Shown here one piece after another: positions 8,826 to 18,528 of a stretch of DNA of 64,000 bases. A program made the translations under genes and the position numbers. The notes below the pieces were generated by a model. The model ran no database searches. It was not told the origin of the DNA and saw nothing but the letters and a program-made list of their open reading frames with translations. Within the stretch, counting starts at the first letter, position 1. Every line of letters starts with the position of its first letter. The stretch comes from Candidatus Peribacteria bacterium RIFCSPLOWO2_12_FULL_55_15 (lineage in GTDB: Bacteria; Patescibacteriota; Gracilibacteria; Peribacterales; Peribacteraceae): the NCBI GenBank assembly GCA_001789045.1, contig MFYG01000021.1, forward strand, positions 13,341 through 77,340, read 5' to 3'.

Positions 8826-10664
8826 ATGTCTAAACGTGTGCAAGCGCCGCATGGTAAGAAGTCCCACGATGCTCCATCGGATCTCGAAAAGATGCGCCAT
8901 TCCCTGGCGCATGTTCTTGCACAGGCGGTTCTGAAACTTTGGCCGGATACGAAGATCACAATCGGTCCGCCGATTGATTACGGATGCTACTACGATTTCC
9001 TCTTTCTAGAGCCTATTTCTGACGCCGACTTTCCGAAGATTGAAAAAGAGATGAGGAAGAGTATCCACCAGGGACAGACCTTCCGGTGTGACGCGCTTCC
9101 GACGAAGGACGCGAAGGCGTATTGGAAAAAACGCAAGCAGCCGTTCAAGGTGGAGCTCATTGAAGACTTAGAGAAGAACGAGGGTGTGAAGACGGTTACC
9201 CATTATGCGAATCTTGGTCCAAATGGCGAAGAGACCTTTGTCGATCTTTGTCTGGGGGGCCACGTTGCGAACCTGAGGGAGATTCCTGCGGATGGCTTTA
9301 TTATTCTCAGCATTGCTGGCGCTTATTGGCGAGGAGATGAGAAGAGGGGGCAGCTGACGCGGATCTACGTTGCGGCATTTTCCACGAAAGAGGAACTCGG
9401 TGCACATCTCCATATGTTGGAGGAAGCAAAAAAGCGTGATCACCGAAAATTGGGGAGGGAGATGGATCTCTTTGTGTTCAGCGATATGGTGGGGCCTGGT
9501 TTACCGCTTTGGACTCCGAAGGGGACTATCATTGCTGACGAGCTTGAGTGTCTTGCGCGGGAGACGGAGGCGGCTGCAGGGTATCTTCGTGTCCGCACGC
9601 CTCATATTGCGAAGGGGAAGCTCTACGAGCGGACAGGTCATCTCAAGCATTACCGGCAATCCATGTTCCCTCCCATGCAACTCGATGGGGAGGAAGCCTA
9701 TTACCTGAAGCCGATGAATTGCCCGCATCATCACGAGATTTTCGCGAGTAGTACGCGGAGCTACCGAGATCTTCCGATGCGTCTCTCGGAGTACGGGCAC
9801 TGCTATCGTTATGAAGACTCCGGGGCACTATTCGGCCTTATGCGCGTGCGATCGCTCTCGATGAATGATGCGCACATTTACTGCACCGAGGACCAGTTTG
9901 CATCGGAGTTTGTTGCTGTCATAAATATGTACCTGAAGTACTTTACGCTCTTTGGTATCGGGAAATATGTCATGCATCTCTCGCTCCATGATCCTTTGGA
10001 GCTCGGTAAGAAGTACGTGGATAATAGGAAGCTCTGGAAACATACGGAGGACATGGTGCGATGCGTCATGAAGCAGACTGGTTGCAATGTCATCGAGGTG
10101 CCGAATGAGGCGGCGTTCTACGGTCCGAAGATTGATGTAGAGGTATGGAGCGCCATTGGTCGTGAGTTCACTCTTGCGACAAACCAGGTGGATTTCGATG
10201 TTCCGACTCGCATGGGTTTGCGGTACGTTGATCGCGATGGTGTTTCGAAGGCGCCGCTCTGTATCCATCGTGCTCCCCTTGGTACACATGAACGCTTCAT
10301 CGGTTTCCTCATCGAGCACTTTGCGGGGCATTTTCCTCTGTGGCTCGCGCCCGTCCAAATCGGCTTGCTTCCGGTGGCGGAAAGTCATGAAAAGTATGCT
10401 CGTCCACTCGAAGGAGAGCTCCGCTCGAACGGCATACGCACGCAGTTTTTCGATCACACTGAGACGCTCGGGAAGCGCATTCGCGAAGGGGAGACAGCGA
10501 AGATTCCGTACCTCCTCGTGATTGGTGATAAGGAAGTTGGTGCGGATACGGTGACTGTGCGGAATGTCGCGACGAAACAGCAGGTGGTTGTGTCACGGAA
10601 GGAGTTTGTGGAAAAGACTGTGCACGATATTCGGGAGCGGAGACTCAAGTGCTCGATTGGGTGA
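8826..10664 (+). CDS. thrS: Threonine--tRNA ligase (no N-terminal TGS domain)
   Basis: HSLAH editing-domain motif near residue 25, class II motifs (KPMNCPHH, FGLMRVRSLSMNDAH) and an anticodon-binding tail are present. I chose the ATG at 8826; the track start at 8751 lies in the hairpin repeat. Confidence 0.9.
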   Translation: MSKRVQAPHGKKSHDAPSDLEKMRHSLAHVLAQAVLKLWPDTKITIGPPIDYGCYYDFLFLEPISDADFPKIEKEMRKSIHQGQTFRCDALPTKDAKAYWKKRKQPFKVELIEDLEKNEGVKTVTHYANLGPNGEETFVDLCLGGHVANLREIPADGFIILSIAGAYWRGDEKRGQLTRIYVAAFSTKEELGAHLHMLEEAKKRDHRKLGREMDLFVFSDMVGPGLPLWTPKGTIIADELECLARETEAAAGYLRVRTPHIAKGKLYERTGHLKHYRQSMFPPMQLDGEEAYYLKPMNCPHHHEIFASSTRSYRDLPMRLSEYGHCYRYEDSGALFGLMRVRSLSMNDAHIYCTEDQFASEFVAVINMYLKYFTLFGIGKYVMHLSLHDPLELGKKYVDNRKLWKHTEDMVRCVMKQTGCNVIEVPNEAAFYGPKIDVEVWSAIGREFTLATNQVDFDVPTRMGLRYVDRDGVSKAPLCIHRAPLGTHERFIGFLIEHFAGHFPLWLAPVQIGLLPVAESHEKYARPLEGELRSNGIRTQFFDHTETLGKRIREGETAKIPYLLVIGDKEVGADTVTVRNVATKQQVVVSRKEFVEKTVHDIRERRLKCSIG

Positions 10665-10692
10665 ATGCCCCCTCCCCTTGCCCATCACCCTG

Positions 10693-10713
10693 CCCTCTCC
10701 CGCGGGGAGAGGG
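10693..10713. repeat. GC-rich palindromic (REP-like) hairpin CCCTCTCCC-GCG-GGGAGAGGG downstream of thrS
   Basis: Perfect 9-bp inverted repeat read directly from the sequence. Related copies lie at 23207-23227 and 37321-43, with weaker ones at 21976-97 and 38281-38345. Confidence 0.7.
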
Positions 10714-10731
10714 AGGTGGTAAACTTGTTCC

Positions 10732-11655
10732 ATGTTTGAAGCGTTAGAAATCGGTCCATTCATTCTCTGGACGCATGCAGTATTTCTCCTTATTGGTTCC
10801 TGGCTTGCTATAGAGTTCTTCCTTCGTCTTGCGGAGCGGGCCAATCTTCCACTGTATCACTTTCAGGAGCATGCCTGGTTATACTTTGTTGCTTTTCTCG
10901 GTGGGGGGCGTCTCGCAGCAATTCTTGCGGAGTATCACGTCTATATCCAGGATTTTTTGCGTGTTTTTGTGATCTGGGATGGAGGGTTTAGCTTTCTCGG
11001 CGGCATTGTTGGTATCGGTGTCATCCTTTCCATTGTGACACGTCAATCCCGTGCAACTTTTCTCCAGTGGCTCGATTCCATCTCTCCGGCAGCGATGTTC
11101 GGGTGGGGTTTTGATTGGCTTGGGCGTTTTGCATCTGGTCAGTCATACGGGCGACCGACGGACCTTTTCTGGGGCGTGACGTACGATGCGATGAGTGTGC
11201 GTTACACTGTTCCCGTGCATCCTGTGCAGCTGTACTATGCGGCGTCATTTTTTTCCCTAACGTTTCTCCTCCTGATTGTGCGGAAAATTTCCCGGCGTGC
11301 CGGCGCCGAGACACTCGTTGGTATTACTTTCGCAGCGGTTATTACGATGTTGTTCGAAACATTCCGTGGTGATTTCGGCATTCCGGTTTTTGCCACAAAG
11401 TTCGATTTTCTTGTTCTTGTTCTCCTCTTCTTCAGTCTGAGTCTTGTTGCTGTGTTTCAGCAATGGATGTCTCATCGTGCTCTTCTTTGCTATGTTGGCG
11501 CATTGATTCTCTGTTCTCTTGGGTACGCCCTTGTGCGTCCGTGGTTCCAATTTGCCACAATGGAGTTACGCTTCTCGCAATTCCTCGCGGTGCTGGTACT
11601 CCTTGCGAGCATCGTGTACGTTGTTGTCCATCGTCGTCGTTATCCGTATTTGTAA
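10732..11655 (+). CDS. lgt: Prolipoprotein diacylglyceryl transferase
   Basis: Polytopic membrane protein with WDGGFSFLGGIVG and GRFASGQSYGRPTDLFWGV, the Lgt signature regions. Confidence 0.8.
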   Translation: MFEALEIGPFILWTHAVFLLIGSWLAIEFFLRLAERANLPLYHFQEHAWLYFVAFLGGGRLAAILAEYHVYIQDFLRVFVIWDGGFSFLGGIVGIGVILSIVTRQSRATFLQWLDSISPAAMFGWGFDWLGRFASGQSYGRPTDLFWGVTYDAMSVRYTVPVHPVQLYYAASFFSLTFLLLIVRKISRRAGAETLVGITFAAVITMLFETFRGDFGIPVFATKFDFLVLVLLFFSLSLVAVFQQWMSHRALLCYVGALILCSLGYALVRPWFQFATMELRFSQFLAVLVLLASIVYVVVHRRRYPYL

Positions 11656-11676
11656 GTTTGTTTCTCTTTCATCGCT

Positions 11677-12066
11677 ATGTTTTCCCTTCTCCCAACTCTT
11701 GATGCGTTTCTGGGTGTTCTTTCGGATGATCCTGCTGCGCGGGTGTTCCAGCTCAGTGTTCTGTGTCTTGGTATATTTTCGGTCTATCTGCTCTTCTACA
11801 CGACACGCGATGTCCTTATCCGGAGTTCTTCCATTTCACTCCAACTTTTCTCTATTTTTCTCGTTGCTCTTCTGCCAGTGGCTGGGTTTTTCTTGTATCT
11901 CCTTTTCCGACCTTCACGGACTATTGCAGAGCGAGAGATGACAGAGATGCTCCGTACTCTTGCCCGCGGTCTGCGGTCTGCGGCAGCGATCCGCGGGGTT
12001 GCTAAGGCTGTGCGCTCAGTGGAAAGTCGGCGGGAAAAAGAGGCATCCATTCCTTCGCGTGCGTGA
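11677..12066 (+). CDS. Small membrane protein, PLD-nuclease N-terminal (PLDc_N)-like
   Basis: Two TM helices are present, the second ending LLPVAGFFLYLLFRP, which is typical of PLDc_N domains. Confidence 0.5.
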   Translation: MFSLLPTLDAFLGVLSDDPAARVFQLSVLCLGIFSVYLLFYTTRDVLIRSSSISLQLFSIFLVALLPVAGFFLYLLFRPSRTIAEREMTEMLRTLARGLRSAAAIRGVAKAVRSVESRREKEASIPSRA

Positions 12067-12476
12067 GTATGGACGTACTCTCGTACCTCTTTTGGCCGAA
12101 TCCCGAGGGCGTATCGTACAGCGATCTTCATCCGCGGATTGCTCTTATTTTCTGTGGCATGCTTCTTCTTTCGTCGTTGGTGTTGCGTGTTATGCGAGCA
12201 CGTTCACATTTCGGATCTTTCCGTCGTCTCGCGCATTCTTGGGCTCGTGCCGCTCTATGGTTTGGTTCTGTAGGTCTTCTTCTGGTTGTTGCGCGCGCTG
12301 AGGATATTCAATACATCGCTATGCGGTTTTGGTGGATCGTCTTTGGTGGAAGTTTTGCGCTGTATGTCTTTGTGCAGTGTCGTTGTGCGCGTCTTCTTTG
12401 GTATGAGGTGATCCCCTTTGTTCCATCACAGGATCTTCGAGAGAAGTATCTTCCGCGCCGGAAGCGTTCACATTGA
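12063..12476 (+). CDS. Hypothetical membrane protein (137 aa)
   Basis: Three or four hydrophobic segments. It has a 4-nt overlap with the preceding gene and ends just before corA. Confidence 0.45.
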   Translation: MSMDVLSYLFWPNPEGVSYSDLHPRIALIFCGMLLLSSLVLRVMRARSHFGSFRRLAHSWARAALWFGSVGLLLVVARAEDIQYIAMRFWWIVFGGSFALYVFVQCRCARLLWYEVIPFVPSQDLREKYLPRRKRSH

Positions 12477-12480
12477 TCCT

Positions 12481-13389
12481 ATGCGTTCTCTTACGGTGTC
12501 GGGCGTGACGTGGCATGATTGCACGCAACCAACGCGGAGCGATCTTCATGTCGTACAGCGTCGGTATCGCTTCCATACTCTTGATATTGACGATTGTCTG
12601 AGTGATCACGAACGACCGAAGATTGAGGAGTATGCTTCCTATCTTTTTCTGGTGTTCCACATTCCGTACGGGAGTGAGGCAACGGGGAGAATCCTCAAGG
12701 AGGAGATCAACATTTTCTTCGGTCGGGATTTTCTCGTCACTGTTCGTGATGGGAAGTCACCGTCTGTTGACCGACTCTGGCGCAGTCTCCATACGTCGAA
12801 ACGTCGCAAGGAGGAGTACTTTGGGCGCGGTTCGGGGTTTCTTCTGCATCGTCTTATGCGTGATCTTTTCGTTGAGAGTTTTCCTCTTGTGGAAGGGATT
12901 ATGCGCGAGCTTCGGCGCATCGAGGAGTCACTCTTTGGGAGTGAGGAACAATACGGCATGCTTCAGGCGATTCTCATGCTTCGGCGCAATATCATTATCA
13001 TGCGGTCGATTTTGTATCCGCAACGCGCCATCGTTGCTCATCTCGAGCAAAAGAGACAATTTATTGCGGAAGACCTGGCGCTGTACTTTGATGACATTCT
13101 CGATGGGATTGAGCGACAGTGGTCGCTTCTCGATACGGCAAAGGAAATGAGCGAGGCGTTGCAGGCAACGCATGAGTCGTGGCTCACACAGAAGACGAAC
13201 GCTGTCATTCGGATTCTCACAGGATTTACGGTTATCACTCTCCCCTTCATTATTGTTCCAGGGATCTATGGTATGAATGTGACGCTCCCATTCCAGGTGC
13301 GTCCGTTCGTGTTTGCATCGCTGATATTTGGCATGATAGCGGCTACAGTGGTGTTGCTCTGGTACTTTATCGGTAAGAAGTGGCTATAG
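12481..13389 (+). CDS. corA: CorA-family magnesium/cobalt transporter
   Basis: C-terminal two TM helices with the GMN signature (GIYGMNVTLPF). I chose the ATG at 12481. Confidence 0.88.
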   Translation: MRSLTVSGVTWHDCTQPTRSDLHVVQRRYRFHTLDIDDCLSDHERPKIEEYASYLFLVFHIPYGSEATGRILKEEINIFFGRDFLVTVRDGKSPSVDRLWRSLHTSKRRKEEYFGRGSGFLLHRLMRDLFVESFPLVEGIMRELRRIEESLFGSEEQYGMLQAILMLRRNIIIMRSILYPQRAIVAHLEQKRQFIAEDLALYFDDILDGIERQWSLLDTAKEMSEALQATHESWLTQKTNAVIRILTGFTVITLPFIIVPGIYGMNVTLPFQVRPFVFASLIFGMIAATVVLLWYFIGKKWL

Positions 13390-13412
13390 GTTTTGCTTTC
13401 TTTTCTTAACAT

Positions 13413-14681
13413 ATGTCGCTCATCCAGTGTCTACGCGCACGACAAATTCTTGATTCTCGCGGGAATCCGACCGTGGAGGTTGATTGTGTACTCGATGATG
13501 GATCTATCGGGCGCGCGGCGGTGCCGTCTGGCGCTTCGACCGGCACGCACGAAGTGCTCGAGCTCCGTGATGGCGACAAAGCTCTATATGGCGGGAAGTC
13601 TGTTCTGAAGTCCGTTTGGCATGTGAATGGGGTCATGATGAAGGAACTCACGGGGAAATCGGTCAGCGATCAGCGAATAGTGGACCGGCAACTTCTGGAT
13701 ATGGACGGAACACCGAATAAGGCGAAGCTTGGTGCGAACGCAATTCTTGGAGTTTCCATGGCGGTTTGCCGAGCGCGTGCGGTATGTGAGAAACGTTCTC
13801 TTTGGCGGTCTCTTGTGGATCAATTTGGGGCGTTCTGTCCGCGACAAATCCCCGTTCCATTGATGAATGTTCTCAATGGTGGCAAGCATGCGGATAGCGG
13901 TCTCAGTTTCCAGGAGTTTATGATCGTTCCCACTGGGTTTGATCATTTCTCGGACGCTCTGCGGGCTGGTGTGGAAACGTACCATGCACTTCACCGTATT
14001 CTCCGGCAAGGTGGGTATGTTACGGCCGTGGGGGACGAGGGTGGGTTTGCCCCGCGTGTTCCTGATGCTCCTCATGCGTTCGATCTCCTTCTTCAGGCTA
14101 TTGCCGAAGCGGGGTACCGTGACCGGATCAGGCTTGCGATTGACCCTGCCGCATCGGAGTTTTACAAGGATGGTCGGTACACCGTTGATGGGATGATCGT
14201 CGATGCACACCGGCTGTCGGACTATTACATGGATATCACGAAGCGTTTCCCCATCGTCTCTATTGAGGATAGCCATAGTGAGGATGATTGGGAGGGCTTT
14301 ACAGAGCTCAATGAGCGTACAGGGAGTGCGGTGCAGATTGTGGGTGATGATCTCTATGTCACGAATGTTGAACGTATCCAGAAAGGTATTGATTGCAAGG
14401 CAACGGATGCCGTACTGATAAAATTGAATCAGATTGGAACAGTGAGTGAGACGGTGGACGCTGTTGAGCGCGCTCAAAAGAGCGGTTTGCGTGCGATCGT
14501 CAGTCATCGTAGCGGTGAGACAGAGGACACGTTCATTGCCCATTTCTCTGTTGCTCTGCAAACAGGGCAAATCAAAACGGGCGCGCCATGTCGTGGTGAG
14601 CGAACATGCAAATACAACGAGTTGCTTCGTATTGAAGAGGAACTGGGGAAGGAGGCTGTGTATATGTCGCCGTTTGGGTAG
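13413..14681 (+). CDS. eno: Enolase (phosphopyruvate hydratase)
   Basis: ILDSRGNPTVEV, SHRSGETEDT and IKTGAPCRGER motifs are present. Confidence 0.95.
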   Translation: MSLIQCLRARQILDSRGNPTVEVDCVLDDGSIGRAAVPSGASTGTHEVLELRDGDKALYGGKSVLKSVWHVNGVMMKELTGKSVSDQRIVDRQLLDMDGTPNKAKLGANAILGVSMAVCRARAVCEKRSLWRSLVDQFGAFCPRQIPVPLMNVLNGGKHADSGLSFQEFMIVPTGFDHFSDALRAGVETYHALHRILRQGGYVTAVGDEGGFAPRVPDAPHAFDLLLQAIAEAGYRDRIRLAIDPAASEFYKDGRYTVDGMIVDAHRLSDYYMDITKRFPIVSIEDSHSEDDWEGFTELNERTGSAVQIVGDDLYVTNVERIQKGIDCKATDAVLIKLNQIGTVSETVDAVERAQKSGLRAIVSHRSGETEDTFIAHFSVALQTGQIKTGAPCRGERTCKYNELLRIEEELGKEAVYMSPFG

Positions 14682-14758
14682 TGGTCGGGACGACTGGGCT
14701 CGAACCAGCGACCTCATGCACCCCATGCATGCGCTCTAGCCAACTGAGCTACGTCCCG
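14682..14758 (-). tRNA. tRNA-Pro (anticodon GGG), CCA encoded
   Basis: The reverse complement is CGGGACG-TA-GCTC..GAGC-G-CATGC-ATGGGGT-GCATG-AGGTC-GCTGG-TTCGAGC-CCAGT-CGTCCCG-A-CCA. Its 3' end abuts the enolase stop codon. Confidence 0.88.
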
Positions 14759-14830
14759 AGCTATCGAATCCTACTCCTTGCCAGGAATTTGTCCTTATGC
14801 TTGGATAGAGTCTTTTCCTTTTCCTAATAC

Positions 14831-14859
14831 TTGCATAACTTTACTATTTATTATATAAT
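14831..14859 (+). promoter_or_regulatory. Sigma-70-type promoter candidate for nrnA-infB
   Basis: TTGCAT, a 17-nt spacer, then TATAAT in an AT-rich spacer. The -10 lies 20 nt upstream of the ATG at 14880. Confidence 0.55.
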
Positions 14860-14879
14860 AGTAAGTTAACGATTTCCAC

Positions 14880-16235
14880 ATGAGTCTCACGTCTTCTGCC
14901 ATCGATGCCGCACTTCAGGCCATCCATCGCCATTCGCGGTTCCTTATTCTCCCACACGCTAATGTTGATCCTGATGCTATCAGCAGCGCTCTTGCGTGCG
15001 CATACCTTTTCCGCGCACTTGGGAAGGATGTGACGGTCGTGTGCTTAGAATCGCTCCCCGAAACTCTCCAGTTTCTCCCCGGAGTGGAGACTGTCGCGCG
15101 GGATCCGAGCGCCGCACAGGAGTTTGTCGTTACACTTTCTCTTGGAGAGGGGGTGGAGGTGGACAAGCTCCGCTATACCGTGGAGGATCGCCGTGTCCAT
15201 ATCATTGTGGTGCCGAAGAATGGGAGCATCCATCCGGAGCAGGTGTCATGCGCGGATGGGAACACGCCGTACGATCTTCTTGTTATTGTTGATACGGCGG
15301 ATTTGCCGCTCCTTGGGAGCGTGTACACCCGATACCCGCATCTCTTTTCCACGATTCCCATTCTCAATATCGATCATCACATCAGTAACACCCTTTTCGG
15401 ACAACTTCATCTCATCGATCCTACGTGTGCCAGTACAACGGAAGTTCTCTATCACTGGGTGAGCCGTGCGCCGGAACTCAAGAAGCTGATGACAGCAGAT
15501 CTGGCAACGCTCCTGCTCACCGGACTCATTACCGATACGCGGAGTTTTCAGAATCCCAATACCTCTCCACGATCGCTGGAAGTTGCGGCGGCGCTTCTCG
15601 ACTCGGGTGGGCGTCAGCAGGAAATTATTCAACAGATGTATAAGACAAAACCTTTAAGTACGCTCAAGATTTGGGGGCGGGCTCTCAGTCGTATTCAGGT
15701 TGATCCAGATGCGCGCATCGTTTGGTCGGGAGTCAGCCGTGAGGATCTTACGGAAATGGCGGCAGGGAGCCGGGAAACGCACGGTATTCTCGATGAGCTT
15801 CTCTGCACGATTCCCGGAGCGGATGTGTATGTTCTTTTTACGGAGATGGAGGAGGGTGGGCTGAAGGCGAGTCTTCGGACATCTGCAGGAGTTGATGCGA
15901 GTGCTCTCGCCGCTCGAGCGTATTTGGGTGGAGGGCATCCACGGGCCGCAGGTTTCAAGGTTCCCAAGGGGGGAAACTTCCAATTGCAGGTCCTCTCCTG
16001 CGTTCAGCGACTTTCCAAATGTCTCCACGCATTGCGCGCAGAAGATGATGAAGAAAGCCATGACTTTCTCCTACGGCAACCACTGTCTCCACCTTCCTCC
16101 GTACCCAATGAGCCCTTGCAACAGGAGGTATCTCCTACAGGAACAGGCATTGATATTGTCGCGAAGATGCATGGGGTTCCCGATGCGTCGAAATCCCAGG
16201 ATATTCTTCAGGAGTTGCAGGGGCCGGCGTTGTAG
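14880..16235 (+). CDS. nrnA: DHH/DHHA1 phosphoesterase (NrnA-like oligoribonuclease/pAp phosphatase) with C-terminal extension
   Basis: HANVDPDAISS, NIDHHISN (DHH) and GGGHPRAAGF (DHHA1) are present. Confidence 0.8.
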   Translation: MSLTSSAIDAALQAIHRHSRFLILPHANVDPDAISSALACAYLFRALGKDVTVVCLESLPETLQFLPGVETVARDPSAAQEFVVTLSLGEGVEVDKLRYTVEDRRVHIIVVPKNGSIHPEQVSCADGNTPYDLLVIVDTADLPLLGSVYTRYPHLFSTIPILNIDHHISNTLFGQLHLIDPTCASTTEVLYHWVSRAPELKKLMTADLATLLLTGLITDTRSFQNPNTSPRSLEVAAALLDSGGRQQEIIQQMYKTKPLSTLKIWGRALSRIQVDPDARIVWSGVSREDLTEMAAGSRETHGILDELLCTIPGADVYVLFTEMEEGGLKASLRTSAGVDASALAARAYLGGGHPRAAGFKVPKGGNFQLQVLSCVQRLSKCLHALRAEDDEESHDFLLRQPLSPPSSVPNEPLQQEVSPTGTGIDIVAKMHGVPDASKSQDILQELQGPAL

Positions 16236-16257
16236 GAGGATCCGATGAAAAACGTTG

Positions 16258-18528
16258 ATGTGTCATGAGCGCTCTGCTAGAATCCTTTCAACGTTTTTCC
16301 TTTCTCCTGTGCGACTTATTCATGTTGCAAAGGCATTGAGCATGACCGGGCAGGAGCTTCGCCACGAGCTTCTGCAAGTGGATTTCGGCGTGAAGCCGAC
16401 CGATCGTGAGGTGTCGGATACCCTTGCCCAGGGGATCATTCGCTACCTTGCGCGCAAGTACAACATCACTCCCCAGGGGATTTCCTCTTCGTATGTTCTC
16501 GAAGAGTCTGAAGAGGAATCACCGGAATCTTCTCCTCCAGTCCCCTCATCCCCCCAACCATCTCCTGCGGTGAGAGGGAGTTTTCCCGTTAGCGCACAGG
16601 AGGCTGTTCCCGTTCTCCGCAAACTCACGTTGGAAGATATTCCACGGCCGGCTCCTTCCAAGTGCCCGATTGGTCATGTTATAGGGGAGGATCATCGGGG
16701 CTCGCGATTGATTACGGAGCGGAGCGAGGAACGGAAGAAGCAAACTCTCAAGACGCAGGAGCAGATTAAGCACAAGGAAGGAATTGTTCTGTTGCCTGCC
16801 CGTATTTCGGTGAAGGAATTTGCAGAAAAGACAGGGGTGCAGGTTCCTCTTGTTATAGAGACACTCATGAAAAATGGCGTGATGGCGACGGTGAATCAGG
16901 CGATAGATTTCGATACCGCCGTCATTGTTGCAGCGGAGCTTGCGGTCACTGTGGAACGTGAGCAGGAACAGGCGCGGGCGGAAGACCTCCTCTCACGGAA
17001 TCTCAGAGAGCTTCTTAAGGATGATCCCGGCCCCCTCGTCCAGCGTCCGCCGATTGTCGTTATCATGGGGCACGTGGATCATGGGAAAACGTCGCTTTTG
17101 GATGCCATTCGAAAGACCAATGTGGCGAAGGGGGAAGCGGGAGGGATCACCCAGCATATCGGGGCGTATCAGGTTGAGCATGCCGGGAAGCGCATTACGT
17201 TCCTCGATACTCCTGGACATGAGGCGTTCACGGCCATGCGTTCACGCGGGGCTCAGATTACTGATGTCGCTGTCCTCGTCGTCGCGGCCGATGAGGGGGT
17301 GATGCCGACGACGATTGAGGCCATCCATCACGCTCGTGAGGCGGAGGTGCCGATACTCGTGGCTCTCACGAAGATGGATAAGCCTGCCGCGAATGTTTCG
17401 AAGGTGGAGGGGGAACTTGCGGCCCAGGACCTTCGGCCGGAGGACTGGGGAGGGGAAGTACCTGTGGTTCTTTGCTCTGCAGTGACAACCCAGGGACTTT
17501 CGGACCTCCTTGATCACATTCTCCTTCTTGCGGAAATGGAAAACCTCCAGGCGAATCCTGCGCGGAGAGCCATTGCAACGGTGATCGAAAGTCACCTGGA
17601 TATAGCCCACGGGCCACTGGGCACTGTGATCGTGAACACGGGAACGCTCCATATTGGCGATTCCTTTGTCTGTGGGAATACCTCGGGACGCGTGCGGGCG
17701 ATGATCGATGCAACGGGTGAGCGTATACAGGATGTTCCACCCTCCGGAGCTGTGCGTGTTTCAGGGTTCAGCGTGGTGCCTGATACCGGGGATATTGTCC
17801 AAGTCGTTGCGTCCGAGCGCGAGGCCCGTGCACTCTTGGAGAGTGTAGAGCGGGGCGTCGTCAACGCTGAGCGGCACGGACTGACCGATTTCGTGAGCAG
17901 ACTCACTGAGGGAAAACTTACCCAACTCAAGGTTATTGTGAAGGCGGATGCCCAAGGGTCGCTCGAGGCCATCCAGTCGTCTCTTTCGAAGCAATCCACG
18001 GGAGAAGTTATCGTGAAGGTGATTCATGGCGGGGTTGGGGCGGTGACGGAGAGCGATGTCATGCTTGCTGCCGCGAGCGGCACGCTCATTATTGCTTTCC
18101 ATGCGCCAGTGACGGCTTCTATTATCAAAACGGCAGAGGCACAGCATGTGCGGATTCGCGAGTATGAAGTGATCTATGCGCTTCTGGAAGATATTGCGGG
18201 CATCATGCAGGGATTACTGGTGCCAGAAGAGGAGGAGAAGGTCCTCGGGCACCTGGAGGTGAAGGGGGTGTTCTTCATGAAGAAGAACGAGCAAATCATT
18301 GGAGGGCGTGTGACGGATGGGGTGGCGAAGCGTGTGACGTTCCGGTTACACCGCGCGGATAAAGTTCTTGGCCAGGGGAAGATCACGTCGCTCCGAAAAG
18401 TCGAAAAAGATGTGAAAGAGGTTGGGGATGGGAGTGAGTGCGGTCTCAAGGTTGAATTTCCTATGCCTATAGAACTCGGCGATGTGCTCGAGATTTTCAG
18501 TAAGGAATTTCGGAAGCGGGTGGACTAG
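16258..18528 (+). CDS. infB: Translation initiation factor IF-2
   Basis: IF2_N motif (VRLIHVAKALSMTGQEL), G domain GHVDHGKTSLLD / DTPGHEAF / TKMD, and C-terminal domains. The start is uncertain: TTG 16255, ATG 16258 or GTG 16309. Confidence 0.92.
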   Translation: MCHERSARILSTFFLSPVRLIHVAKALSMTGQELRHELLQVDFGVKPTDREVSDTLAQGIIRYLARKYNITPQGISSSYVLEESEEESPESSPPVPSSPQPSPAVRGSFPVSAQEAVPVLRKLTLEDIPRPAPSKCPIGHVIGEDHRGSRLITERSEERKKQTLKTQEQIKHKEGIVLLPARISVKEFAEKTGVQVPLVIETLMKNGVMATVNQAIDFDTAVIVAAELAVTVEREQEQARAEDLLSRNLRELLKDDPGPLVQRPPIVVIMGHVDHGKTSLLDAIRKTNVAKGEAGGITQHIGAYQVEHAGKRITFLDTPGHEAFTAMRSRGAQITDVAVLVVAADEGVMPTTIEAIHHAREAEVPILVALTKMDKPAANVSKVEGELAAQDLRPEDWGGEVPVVLCSAVTTQGLSDLLDHILLLAEMENLQANPARRAIATVIESHLDIAHGPLGTVIVNTGTLHIGDSFVCGNTSGRVRAMIDATGERIQDVPPSGAVRVSGFSVVPDTGDIVQVVASEREARALLESVERGVVNAERHGLTDFVSRLTEGKLTQLKVIVKADAQGSLEAIQSSLSKQSTGEVIVKVIHGGVGAVTESDVMLAAASGTLIIAFHAPVTASIIKTAEAQHVRIREYEVIYALLEDIAGIMQGLLVPEEEEKVLGHLEVKGVFFMKKNEQIIGGRVTDGVAKRVTFRLHRADKVLGQGKITSLRKVEKDVKEVGDGSECGLKVEFPMPIELGDVLEIFSKEFRKRVD

